64,000 nt of DNA from the NCBI GenBank assembly GCA_045636545.1, contig JAZTXR010000055.1:2309-66308 (forward strand). Direction: 5' to 3'. Shown piece by piece: positions 40,242 through 49,359 of the stretch. Made by a program: the position numbers and the translations under genes. The notes beneath the pieces were generated by a model, which saw only the letters and a program-made list of their open reading frames with translations, was not told where the DNA came from and did no database searches. The first letter of the stretch is position 1. Every line of letters starts with the position of its first letter. This stretch comes from Bacteroidaceae bacterium (GTDB taxonomy: Bacteria; Bacteroidota; Bacteroidia; Bacteroidales; Bacteroidaceae).

Positions 40242-40802
40242 ATGATAGACGTAAAAGCTTGTTTAAAGGATGCCGAGGAGATGATGCAGATGACAATCAT
40301 GCACCTCGAGGATGAGTATTCACATATACGCGCCGGCAAGGCGAACGTTCACCTGCTCGACTGCGTGCGTGTAAGTTCATACGGTGCCGAGATGCCATTG
40401 AGCAACGTGGCAACCATCACCACCCCCGATATGCGCACCATCGCCATCAAGCCTTGGGACAAGAACATGATTGCACCTAACGAGAAGGCCATCATCGACT
40501 CTCCCGTGGGTATCATGCCTGCCAACAACGGCGAGGTAATCATCATTGCAATCCCGCCATTGACAGGTGAGCGCCGTAAGGATTTGGTAAAGCAGTGTTC
40601 TCACGAGCTCGAGACTGCGAAAATCAGTATCCGCAACGCACGTCGCGACGGTATCGACGTGATGAAGAAGTCTGTAAAGGATGGTACTCCCGAGGATGTT
40701 GCAAAGGACGGCGAGGAGAGCTTGCAGAAGATTCATGACAAGTACATCAAGCGCGCCGAGGAGATTTTCGCAGCCAAGGAGAAGGAAATCATGACCGTGT
40801 AA
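40242..40802 (+). CDS. frr: ribosome recycling factor
   Basis: 186 aa, MIDVKACLKDAEEMMQ...IRAGKANVHLLD...ERRKDLVK, typical RRF. The track start at 40170 lies inside the repeat. Confidence 0.93.
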   Translation: MIDVKACLKDAEEMMQMTIMHLEDEYSHIRAGKANVHLLDCVRVSSYGAEMPLSNVATITTPDMRTIAIKPWDKNMIAPNEKAIIDSPVGIMPANNGEVIIIAIPPLTGERRKDLVKQCSHELETAKISIRNARRDGIDVMKKSVKDGTPEDVAKDGEESLQKIHDKYIKRAEEIFAAKEKEIMTV

Positions 40803-40808
40803 TTCCTG

Positions 40809-41747
40809 ATGGCGGAGCAGGGTACTGTTATAAGGAGTTCGGGCAGTGTCTACGGTGTGCGCACAGCAACCGGCGCTGTCATTGACTGCAGGGTAAAGGG
40901 CAATTTCCGTCTGAAGGGAATACGCAGCACCAACCCTGTGGCCGTGGGCGACAATGTCAAGTTCGACGTGCGCGACGACGGTACGGCATATATCATTGAC
41001 ATTCTCGAGCGCAAGAACTACATTGTGCGCAAGGCATCCAATCTCTCCAAACAGTCACACATCCTTGCCGCCAACCTCGATTTGTGCTTCCTTGTGGTGA
41101 CCGTGAGCCACCCGGTGACGGCAACAACCTTCATCGACCGCTTTCTGGCAGCCGCCGAGGCCTACCGTGTACCCGTTGTGCTTGTCTTCAACAAGGTCGA
41201 CCTCTACAACGATACCGAGCGCGAGGAGCTCGATTACCTCACGGCCCTCTATGAGAGCATTGGCTACAAGTGCCTGCATACAAGTGCCGTTGGCGGTGCT
41301 GGGGTTGAGTCTTTGAAGGCTGCAATGCAGGGCAAGGTATCATTGCTTGCCGGTAATTCGGGCGTTGGAAAGTCCAGTCTTGTCAATGCCATAGCGCCCC
41401 AAATTGCGGCGCGTGTGGGCGAGATATCAAAGACCCACGACACCGGAATGCACACCACCACATACACCGAGATGTTTGAGTTCGCCCCCGGCAGCTACAT
41501 TGTCGACACCCCCGGTGTGAAAGGCTTTGGAACATTCGACATGGAGGTCGAGGAAATCTCACACTACTTTGTGGAGTTCTTCGAGCTATCGAAGGACTGC
41601 AAGTATGGCAACTGTACCCATACTCACGAACCAGGCTGTGCGGTGCTTGCCGCCCTTGAACGGGGAGAGCTTGCCCCCTCGCGCTATCAGTCCTATCTCA
41701 GTATGCTCGAAGACAAGGAGGAGGGGAAATACAGGGCTTCGGAGTAA
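40809..41747 (+). CDS. rsgA: ribosome small-subunit-dependent GTPase A
   Basis: OB domain, circularly permuted GTPase (NKVD then GNSGVGKSS), C-terminal zinc cluster CKYGNCTHTHEPGC. Confidence 0.92.
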   Translation: MAEQGTVIRSSGSVYGVRTATGAVIDCRVKGNFRLKGIRSTNPVAVGDNVKFDVRDDGTAYIIDILERKNYIVRKASNLSKQSHILAANLDLCFLVVTVSHPVTATTFIDRFLAAAEAYRVPVVLVFNKVDLYNDTEREELDYLTALYESIGYKCLHTSAVGGAGVESLKAAMQGKVSLLAGNSGVGKSSLVNAIAPQIAARVGEISKTHDTGMHTTTYTEMFEFAPGSYIVDTPGVKGFGTFDMEVEEISHYFVEFFELSKDCKYGNCTHTHEPGCAVLAALERGELAPSRYQSYLSMLEDKEEGKYRASE

Positions 41748-41762
41748 AGAAAATCAACATAT

Positions 41763-41800
41763 ACGACAAGGAGGGTTGCACGTACAACCCTCCTTGTCGT
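41763..41800. terminator. bidirectional terminator (16-bp perfect stem)
   Basis: ACGACAAGGAGGGTTG-CACGTA-CAACCCTCCTTGTCGT between convergent genes. Confidence 0.75.
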
Positions 41801-41822
41801 CATATATCCGGCACACCGTCCG

Positions 41823-42158
41823 TCAATCCTCGTGCCACTCTAAGGAGAGTGAATAGTAGTAGTTCCACTCGCCAAAGTAGTAATTGCATCTTTTTGCTTT
41901 CTCGCCAAGACGCACCTCGTAAGGGCCGTCTGTTGTGCTTCCCCAACGGTGCTTCACCTCAATCATGGCATGGTCCATTCCTGTCTCTGTTACTGTAAAA
42001 CTGTGGTTCAAATCGTACTTTGCATCCAGTTCCAAACGACCGCATTGCAATGATGAGAATGGTATGTAGAACGTCTGTTCACCTCCCATATCTTCGCCTG
42101 TTACCTCATTGGTCTTCTCGTCACCATCAACAATTTTAAGCATAATTTCCCTTGCCAT
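41823..42158 (-). CDS. hypothetical 111-aa protein, no family recognised
   Basis: ATG-initiated ORF with no signal peptide and an aromatic-rich C-terminus (NYYFGEWNYYYSLSLEWHED). Flanked by strong hairpins on both sides. Confidence 0.5.
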   Translation of the reverse strand: MAREIMLKIVDGDEKTNEVTGEDMGGEQTFYIPFSSLQCGRLELDAKYDLNHSFTVTETGMDHAMIEVKHRWGSTTDGPYEVRLGEKAKRCNYYFGEWNYYYSLSLEWHED

Positions 42159-42241
42159 AGTATATGTATTTTAGTGTTATGCTGCAAATGTAGCAAACTT
42201 TCGGTTGTGGAAATCGTAAAAATGCTGAAAATGATTATACA

Positions 42242-42298
42242 GTAGCATAAAACACAAGGCCAAAGCTCATGCGAACTTTGGCCTTGTGTTTATGCTAC
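42242..42298 (-). terminator. long hairpin after asd (~23 bp, one bulge)
   Basis: GTAGCATAAAACACAAGGCCAAAG...CTTTGGCCTTGTGTTTATGCTAC. Confidence 0.7.
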
Positions 42299-42304
42299 GT
42301 TTAG

Positions 42305-43312
42305 TTACTTCTGTGGGTGTGCAATAAGGTATTCTGCAATCTGCACTGCGTTGAGGGCTGCACCTTTCTTAATCTGGTCGCCTACAATCCACATGAGAAT
42401 ACCGTTGGGGTTTGTGATGTCCTTGCGTATGCGACCAACGTATACGGGGTCCTGGCCTGCAAGGAACAGTGGCATGGGGTAAATCTTCTCCTCGGGGCTG
42501 TCCATGAGTATGAGGCCCTCGCCTTCGGCAATGGCACAACGTACTTCTTCAACGCTCAATGGGCGCTCTGTCTCAATCCACAATGACTGTGAGTGTGAAC
42601 GCAACGCAGGGACGCGTACGCACTGTGCGCTCACCTCAATGTCGCTGTGCATGATTTTGCGTGTCTCGTTGTACATCTTCATCTCCTCCTTTGTGTAGCC
42701 GTTGTCGGTGAAGACGTCAATCTGTGGAATTACGTTGAATGCAAGCTGGTATGCGAACTTCTCCACTGTGGGCTCCTCGCCTGCAAGCACCTGGCGGTAC
42801 TGCTCATATAGCTCGGCCATAGCCGCTGCGCCTGCGCCGCTGGCTGCCTGGTAGGTCGATGAGTGAACGCGCTTTATGTGCGAGAGGTTCTCAATGGCCT
42901 TCAGGGCAACAACCATCTGTATTGTTGTGCAGTTGGGGTTTGCGATTATGTTACGTGGGCGGTTGTAGGCATCGGTGGGGTTTACCTCGGGTACAACAAG
43001 GGGTACATTGCTGTCCATGCGGAATGCGCTCGAGTTGTCAATCATCACTGTGCCGTGCTTTGTGATGGTGTCGGCGAACTCCTTTGAGACACTGCCGCCG
43101 GCCGATACAAAGGCATAGTCAACACCCTGGAAATCGTCGTTGTGCTTCAGTTCCTTGACCACATAGTCTACACCGCGATAGTTGTAAACCTGGCCTGCAC
43201 TGCGAGCCGAGCCAAAGAGCACCAGCTCGTCAAAAGGGAAATTTCTCTCGTCGAGCACGCGAAGGAACTCCTGTCCTACCGCTCCGCTGACACCTACGAT
43301 TGCTATTTTCAT
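42305..43312 (-). CDS. asd: aspartate-semialdehyde dehydrogenase
   Basis: [15 protein letters not shown] Rossmann N-terminus, active-site context [12 protein letters not shown] at 43312 preferred. Confidence 0.92.
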   Translation of the reverse strand: MKIAIVGVSGAVGQEFLRVLDERNFPFDELVLFGSARSAGQVYNYRGVDYVVKELKHNDDFQGVDYAFVSAGGSVSKEFADTITKHGTVMIDNSSAFRMDSNVPLVVPEVNPTDAYNRPRNIIANPNCTTIQMVVALKAIENLSHIKRVHSSTYQAASGAGAAAMAELYEQYRQVLAGEEPTVEKFAYQLAFNVIPQIDVFTDNGYTKEEMKMYNETRKIMHSDIEVSAQCVRVPALRSHSQSLWIETERPLSVEEVRCAIAEGEGLILMDSPEEKIYPMPLFLAGQDPVYVGRIRKDITNPNGILMWIVGDQIKKGAALNAVQIAEYLIAHPQK

Positions 43313-43424
43313 AATTTGTTGATAGTTTGTTGTCTGCAAATTTACTTAAAATTTGTATTATATGCCCGCCGCTATGCTATTTTTTTGTACTTTCGCTACA
43401 GGAAATGTAAAATAGAGCGGTTTT

Positions 43425-44132
43425 ATGGCTGAAAATTGGTTGCAACGCGGCGAGTTGCTGTTGGGTGAGGAGAGGCAGATGAGGCTTGGCAATGCCTGTG
43501 TGCTTGTCGTTGGGCTTGGTGGTGTAGGCTCTTGGGCTGCCGAGATGTTGTGCCGTGCCGGAGTGGGTGCTTTCACTCTTGTCGATGCCGATGTGGTCGA
43601 TGTCACCAACGTCAACCGTCAGATGCCGGCACTTGCATCTACCGTGGGGCAACCGAAATGCGATGTTGTCGCTGCGCGCCTGCGCGCCATAAACCCCGCT
43701 GTGCAGCTGGTTGTCAAACAGCAGTTCATAACACCCGAGAATGTTGCGCAACTGCTCGATGAACGGCACTTTGACTTTGTTGTCGATGCCATTGACACCC
43801 TCGACCCCAAGTGTGCGCTCATACGTGAGTGCTGGCAGCGTGGCCTTAAGATAATTTCCAGTATGGGTGCCGGTGCAAAGTGTGACCTTGCGGCCATACG
43901 CAGCAGTGAACTGTGGAAGACCGAACACTGCACTCTTGCAAAGAATGTGCGCCGCCAATTGCGCGATGCGCGCGGCAGGCACAAATTACCAGTGATTTTC
44001 AGTGCCGAGGAGCCGCGCCGCGATGCCATACGCCCCAATCCCGCGGGCGGCAAGCCCATCATCGGTTCGCTCGGCTATTTTACGGCAGCCTTCGGTTGCT
44101 ACATTGCAGAATATGTAATAAAGGAGATATGA
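43425..44132 (+). CDS. tcdA: tRNA threonylcarbamoyladenosine dehydratase (ThiF/HesA family)
   Basis: [35 protein letters not shown]1-like fold, ~235 aa. Confidence 0.8.
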   Translation: MAENWLQRGELLLGEERQMRLGNACVLVVGLGGVGSWAAEMLCRAGVGAFTLVDADVVDVTNVNRQMPALASTVGQPKCDVVAARLRAINPAVQLVVKQQFITPENVAQLLDERHFDFVVDAIDTLDPKCALIRECWQRGLKIISSMGAGAKCDLAAIRSSELWKTEHCTLAKNVRRQLRDARGRHKLPVIFSAEEPRRDAIRPNPAGGKPIIGSLGYFTAAFGCYIAEYVIKEI

Positions 44133-44800
44133 TTCAGATAGAACGGTTGACAAAGAATTTCGGCGACCTGCAGGTGCTCAAGGGTGTCGACCTCACCATT
44201 GAAAAGGGCGAGGTAATAAGCATTGTGGGTTCAAGCGGCGCCGGAAAGACAACGCTTCTGCAGCTCATAGGCACTCTCGACAAGCCCACAAGCGGTACCA
44301 TCCGTTTCAACGGCGAGGATTTGGGGCGTTTGAGCAGCAAGCGCCTGGCGGCATTCCGCAACAGACACATAGGTTTCGTGTTCCAGTTCCACCAGTTGTT
44401 GCCCGAGTTCACGGCACTCGAGAACATCGTCATTCCCGCGCTCATTGCAGGGCGCAAGAAGACCGAGGCCGAGGCCGAGGCCATGCAACTGCTGCAGGTG
44501 ATGGGGCTCGAGGAGCGCGCCCATCACAAGCCTGCCGAGATGTCGGGTGGTGAGAACCAACGTGTTGCAGTTGCACGTGCACTCATAAACCACCCCGATG
44601 TAGTGCTTGCCGACGAACCGTCGGGCAGCCTCGACACCAGGAACAAGGAGGAACTGCACAAACTGTTCTTTGACCTGCGCGACCGCTATGGCCAGACATT
44701 CGTCATAGTGACACATGATGAGGCTCTCGCATCATACACCGACCGCACCCTGCACATGGTGGATGGCGTTATACAGGACTGTGTTGTTAAAAAGAGTTAA
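44129..44800 (+). CDS. lolD: lipoprotein-releasing ABC transporter ATP-binding protein LolD-like
   Basis: [38 protein letters not shown] overlap with tcdA. Confidence 0.8.
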   Translation: MIQIERLTKNFGDLQVLKGVDLTIEKGEVISIVGSSGAGKTTLLQLIGTLDKPTSGTIRFNGEDLGRLSSKRLAAFRNRHIGFVFQFHQLLPEFTALENIVIPALIAGRKKTEAEAEAMQLLQVMGLEERAHHKPAEMSGGENQRVAVARALINHPDVVLADEPSGSLDTRNKEELHKLFFDLRDRYGQTFVIVTHDEALASYTDRTLHMVDGVIQDCVVKKS

Positions 44801-44952
44801 ATTGAGGAGTGCTGTTTTTACATTCTGCCCGCTTTTTCGTCAAATATACGGATGATGGGTCAATAGCCCGTTGTTTTTCAATGTTTGTCTCTACGGCTTC
44901 TGCTTATGCAGAGGCCGTACTTGCAAAGGAAATTCTTAAAAAACATATAACG

Positions 44953-45486
44953 ATGAAAAAGATTCTACTTTGCATTGTTGCCACAATGTTCGCGACAATG
45001 ACTTTTGCGCAGCACCATGGTGCTCCACAGCACAGGCAGCGTGAGTTCAACCCCGAGGAGATGGCGCAGCGCCAGACAATGCGCCTGCACCAGGCGCTGC
45101 AGCTCGACTCTATTCAGATGCAGGCCGTTTTTCTCATCAATTATGCCGATGCCCTTACAATGCAGGACAGCATGAAGGTGCGCCGTGAGCGAATGGAGAA
45201 GATGCGTGCCGAGGGCAAGAGACTCGAGCGTGTGCAGCCGTCCGAGGAGCAGATGAAGGCAATGATGGAACTTAGGAAACAGCGCGAGGAGGTGCGCAAC
45301 GAGCAGATGCAGCAGATTCTCACTCCCGAGCAGTATGAGAAGTACCTGAAGCTGCAGCAGGAGCAGCGCAACAGAATGTTGCAGATGCGCGGCAAGCGCG
45401 GTCAGGACCGTTCCGGCGGCCGTCCAGGTGGACGAGGTGGTCGTCCCGGTGGCGCACCACGCGGTGAGAGAATGCCGATGGAGTAA
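44953..45486 (+). CDS. periplasmic Spy/CpxP-like (LTXXQ) protein with G/R-rich tail
   Basis: Signal peptide MKKILLCIVATMFATMTFAQ, helical Q/E/R/M-rich body with ILTPEQYEKY (LTXXQ), C-terminal GGRPGGRGGRPGG. Confidence 0.5.
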   Translation: MKKILLCIVATMFATMTFAQHHGAPQHRQREFNPEEMAQRQTMRLHQALQLDSIQMQAVFLINYADALTMQDSMKVRRERMEKMRAEGKRLERVQPSEEQMKAMMELRKQREEVRNEQMQQILTPEQYEKYLKLQQEQRNRMLQMRGKRGQDRSGGRPGGRGGRPGGAPRGERMPME

Positions 45487-45504
45487 TATTTGATTCTTGT
45501 TTAA

Positions 45505-45541
45505 GACCTCCGCAACACACTCTATGTGCATTGCGGAGGTC
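45505..45541 (+). terminator. hairpin GACCTCCGCAA...TTGCGGAGGTC
   Basis: 11-bp perfect stem, 15-nt loop, weak T-run. Confidence 0.55.
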
Positions 45542-45684
45542 GTTTGCGTTCTATAAGCCGCAGAATTTGCGGCCAACAAGGCGTAAATTGCAATTCATTG
45601 ACTTCTTTTTTGCCATTCGTCAAAAAAACAGTGTTCTTTAAGATAGACTTTGCAGCATTCTGTGTAATTTATTATCTTCGCGGG

Positions 45685-45779
45685 CGAAATGACAAGATAT
45701 AATATGGCTGTTTGTCATTCCGAACCTTGTGTGAGGAATCTCAGAAACATTGAGATATCTCACTTTTGTTCGATATGAC
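45685..45779. repeat. REP-like units in the ABC-F gene leader (one half-site plus one palindromic unit)
   Basis: CGAAATGAC (45685-45693), then GTCATTCCGAACCTTGTGTGAGGAATCTC - 9 nt - GAGATATCTCACTTTTGTTCGATATGAC (45714-45779). A TATCTTCG -7-like box lies at 45673-45680. Confidence 0.75.
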
Positions 45780-45800
45780 ATATTATCAAATAAAAGACTC

Positions 45801-47672
45801 ATGGCAATAGACCTGCAGATAGAGAATGTATCAAAGAGTTTCGGTGAGCTTGTGCTTTTCAGTGACATATCATTCACCGTCGAGGAGCGCCAGCGCATAG
45901 GCCTCATTGCGTGCAATGGTAAGGGAAAGAGCACGCTGTTGAAGATTATAGCCGGCGAGGAGCCGCTCGACAGCGGCAAAATCACTCTGCGCGGTGGCGT
46001 TAGGGTGGGGTATCTTGAACAGGAACCCGATTTTGACCCTGCGCTCACCGTCATAGAAGCTTGCTTGCAGCGCAACAGCGAAAAGGCGGGCGTGATTGCG
46101 CGTTACGAGGAGGCGCTTGAGAGCGGCGACCACGCTGCACTACAGCGCCTGATGGAGGAGATGGACCGCCTAGAGGCATGGGACTATGAGACACGCGCAA
46201 AGCAGGTGCTCACGAAACTTAAGATAGAGAAGTTCAACCAACCGATAAAGGAGCTTTCGGGCGGCCAGAGGAAACGCGTGGCGCTGGCATCGGTGCTCAT
46301 CGACGAGCCGCAGCTGATGATTCTTGACGAGCCTACCAACCACCTTGACCTTGAGATGGTGGAGTGGCTGGAGGAGTATCTCTCGCGCCTCAGCGGCAGC
46401 CTGCTAATGGTTACCCATGACCGCTATTTCCTCGACAATGTCTGCAACGAGATTATTGAGATTGACGACCGTCGGGTCTATCGCTACAAGGGCAACTACA
46501 GCTACTTCCTGCAAAAGCGCGAGGAGCGTCTGCAGAACCTTGCGGCCGAGACTGCCCGCGCGCGTAACCTGTTGCGCACCGAGCTCGAGTGGATGCGCCG
46601 TCAGCCCCAGGCACGCGCCCACAAGGCAAAATATCGCATAGATGCGTTCTACAAACTGGAGGAGAAGGCGGCTGCAATGCGCGACGACAGCAAGGTGTCG
46701 CTCGAGATAAAGTCGCAATACATCGGTAATAAAATATTTGTGCTCAATCACTTGTCGAAGGCGTTCGATGACCGGGTAATCACAAAGGATTTCACCTACA
46801 CCTTCGCGCGTTACGAGAAACTGGGCATCGTGGGCAATAACGGCACCGGCAAGTCCACATTCATCAAGATGCTGTTGGGGCGTGTTGCGCCCGACAGCGG
46901 TACGGTCGACGTGGGCGAGACGGTGAAGTGGGGCTATTACAGCCAGGATGGTCTTGCGTTCAACGAGCAGATGAAGGTGATTGATGTGGTAAAGGATATT
47001 GCCGAGGTAATCCCCGTGGCGGGCAAGATGCTCACCGCATCGCAGTTCCTGCAGCACTTCCTCTTTACTCCCGAGAAACAGCATAACTATGTCTACAAAC
47101 TGAGCGGTGGCGAGAAACGTCGTCTCTATCTGTGCACGGTGCTTATGTCGAACCCCAACTTCCTTGTGCTCGACGAGCCTACCAACGATCTCGATATCGA
47201 GACCCTGCAGATACTTGAGGAGTATCTGCGCGACTTCAAGGGCTGTGTTATTGTGGTGAGCCACGACCGTTACTTCATGGATAAGGTTGTTGACCACATT
47301 TTTGTGTTCAATGGAGGTGGTGACATCAAGGATTTCCCGGGTAACTACACCGATTGGCGCGACTGGCGCGAGGAGGAGAAGGCCGCTGCGGCGGCACAGG
47401 CTGCGGCAAAAGCAGCAAAGGATAACGCTCCCAAGCAGAGCTACCGCGTGGAGACGAAGCGCAAGCTGTCGTTCAAGGAACGCAAGGAGTATGAGGCTCT
47501 TGAGGTTGAGATTATGGAACTTGAGGAGGAAAAGAACGCCATTGAACAGGCGCTGTGCAGCGGCACGCTCGGCAATGATGAACTGGTTGCAAAATCGCGC
47601 CGCATACAGGATGTCATTGCACTCATTGACGAAAAGACAATGCGCTGGCTCGAGCTGAGCGAATTCGCGTAA
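45801..47672 (+). CDS. ABC-F family ATPase (two ABC cassettes, no TM domain)
   Basis: Two Walker A sites (CNGKGKST, GNNGTGKST), two signatures (LSGGQRKR, LSGGEKRR), charged coiled-coil C-terminus. ATG at 45801 preferred. Confidence 0.9.
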   Translation: MAIDLQIENVSKSFGELVLFSDISFTVEERQRIGLIACNGKGKSTLLKIIAGEEPLDSGKITLRGGVRVGYLEQEPDFDPALTVIEACLQRNSEKAGVIARYEEALESGDHAALQRLMEEMDRLEAWDYETRAKQVLTKLKIEKFNQPIKELSGGQRKRVALASVLIDEPQLMILDEPTNHLDLEMVEWLEEYLSRLSGSLLMVTHDRYFLDNVCNEIIEIDDRRVYRYKGNYSYFLQKREERLQNLAAETARARNLLRTELEWMRRQPQARAHKAKYRIDAFYKLEEKAAAMRDDSKVSLEIKSQYIGNKIFVLNHLSKAFDDRVITKDFTYTFARYEKLGIVGNNGTGKSTFIKMLLGRVAPDSGTVDVGETVKWGYYSQDGLAFNEQMKVIDVVKDIAEVIPVAGKMLTASQFLQHFLFTPEKQHNYVYKLSGGEKRRLYLCTVLMSNPNFLVLDEPTNDLDIETLQILEEYLRDFKGCVIVVSHDRYFMDKVVDHIFVFNGGGDIKDFPGNYTDWRDWREEEKAAAAAQAAAKAAKDNAPKQSYRVETKRKLSFKERKEYEALEVEIMELEEEKNAIEQALCSGTLGNDELVAKSRRIQDVIALIDEKTMRWLELSEFA

Positions 47673-47766
47673 CAAGCTGAAAAGTGAAAACGGAAAGGTG
47701 AAAGCTGCGATAGGTATACAAACTTTTTCCTGTTTGCAATAACTTGCGCTTTTTTGCGTTATATTA

Positions 47767-47954
47767 AGAAGTTGTTAAATTTCTTTCAAAAATATATTTG
47801 CATTATGCGCGAGTCGTGCTTGTCTTTTTATGTTCTTTTTTGCCTGTTTTCCCCTTTTTCGCAGTTGCATAGTCCACTATGCGCCTTTGAAAAATGAAAA
47901 AACATTCTAAAAAAGACCTATAAAAATTTCAAGGACATAAATTAAACAACTTCT
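47767..47954 (-). repeat. ~190-nt structured element, copy 2 (inverted relative to copy 1)
   Basis: The reverse complement aligns end to end with 30680-30868. Termini AGAAGTTGTT / AACAACTTCT. Ends 4 nt before the porT ATG. Confidence 0.8.
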
Positions 47955-47958
47955 TTGG

Positions 47959-48660
47959 ATGAAAAGAACCGTTACATATATTTTGCTGCTGTTGTTGCCG
48001 CTGTTTGCGGTGGCGCAGGAACGTAAGGTGCAGAACAAACCGTATATCGATTACCGCCGTCTGCACTATGGCTTCTTCATCGGTACGCACATGCAGGATA
48101 TGGAGTTTGTGAACAATGGCTTTGTTACCGAAAACGGCGAGAGCTGGTTTGCCGACATTGCAACCTACAATCCTGGTTTCAGCGTTGGCGTGCTTGCCGA
48201 CCTTAGGCTGAACACCTATATGGCGTTGCGCGCAATTCCCACAATGCACTTCGGGCAGAACATAGTCCGTTTCCGTGAGCAGCAGAGTGGCGAGACGTCG
48301 AAGCAGTCGGTGAAAACGACATATATTGCAGTTCCTGTTCACGTTAAATTCGCGGCCGAGCGTTTCAACAACTACCGTCCATACGTGACGGCTGGTGTAA
48401 GCCCCATGTGGAACCTTACGGTCAAGAAACAACAGCAACTTTTGCTGCGTAAATTTGATTTCATGATTGAGGTCGGTGTGGGCTGCGACTTCTATCTGCC
48501 CTTCTTCAAGCTGATTCCCGAGCTGAAGTTCTCGTTCAGCCCGCTCAATGTGCTCAAGAAAGAGCGTAATGACCTGCTTGATGCCAACTATCTAAAATTC
48601 ACGCAGTCGGTCGACAGGGTTACGAGCAAGATGATAACATTGTCGCTTTATTTCGAGTAA
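47959..48660 (+). CDS. porT: PorT/SprT-like outer-membrane beta-barrel protein (T9SS-associated)
   Basis: 233 aa, signal peptide, N-terminal KPYIDYRRLHYGFFIG motif and small OMP_b-brl-type pattern ending in LSLYFE. Assignment from remembered PorT features. Confidence 0.6.
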   Translation: MKRTVTYILLLLLPLFAVAQERKVQNKPYIDYRRLHYGFFIGTHMQDMEFVNNGFVTENGESWFADIATYNPGFSVGVLADLRLNTYMALRAIPTMHFGQNIVRFREQQSGETSKQSVKTTYIAVPVHVKFAAERFNNYRPYVTAGVSPMWNLTVKKQQQLLLRKFDFMIEVGVGCDFYLPFFKLIPELKFSFSPLNVLKKERNDLLDANYLKFTQSVDRVTSKMITLSLYFE

Positions 48661-48672
48661 AAACATTTTCTT

Positions 48673-49266
48673 ATGGGTGAAATGCGTAAAATGATGTATG
48701 TCCACGGCTTTGCATCGTCGGGCAGTTCGGGAACCGTGATGAACCTCCGTCGCAGTCTCCCTGGTTGGCGTGTCATTGCCCCCGATTTGCCGGTCGACCC
48801 TTTTGAGACGCTTGAGCTGCTGCGCACAATTGTAAAGGAGGAGCAACCCGAGATTGTCGTGGGTACTTCAATGGGTGGAATGTACGCCCAGCAATTGTGG
48901 GGTGTGCCACGCATTGTGGTGAACCCGTCGTTCGAGATGTCGCGCTCGTTGCTTTTTGGCAAGATGGGGCGCAACAAGTATATGTCAAAACGTAAGGACG
49001 GTGCAACCGAGTTTCGCATTGACAAAGCTGTGTTGGAGCGTTTCAAAGAGATGGAGAAGCATCAGTTCGATGGCATTACCGATGACGAGAAACAGCTTGT
49101 CGTGGGGCTTTTTGGCGACAAGGACCCCGTTGTACATTTCTACCCCTTGATGGCCGGGCTCTATGGCGAGGAGCGCTGCCGCTGGTTCAACGGTGAGCAC
49201 CGCCTCAATGACAAGGTTGTAGATAAGGTTCTGCTGCCGCTCATAAAGGAGATGGTGGGGATGTGA
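48673..49266 (+). CDS. YqiA/UPF0227-like alpha/beta hydrolase (esterase)
   Basis: YVHGFASSG N-terminus, nucleophile elbow GTSMGG, ~190 aa. Confidence 0.65.
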   Translation: MGEMRKMMYVHGFASSGSSGTVMNLRRSLPGWRVIAPDLPVDPFETLELLRTIVKEEQPEIVVGTSMGGMYAQQLWGVPRIVVNPSFEMSRSLLFGKMGRNKYMSKRKDGATEFRIDKAVLERFKEMEKHQFDGITDDEKQLVVGLFGDKDPVVHFYPLMAGLYGEERCRWFNGEHRLNDKVVDKVLLPLIKEMVGM

Positions 49267-49359
49267 AATATTAAAGGTAAATGATCTTAACCTTTTAACA
49301 CTCGCCAAGCGGTTTTTATGCTTTTTTTTGCTATCTTCGCGTTCAATTAATGAACGACA

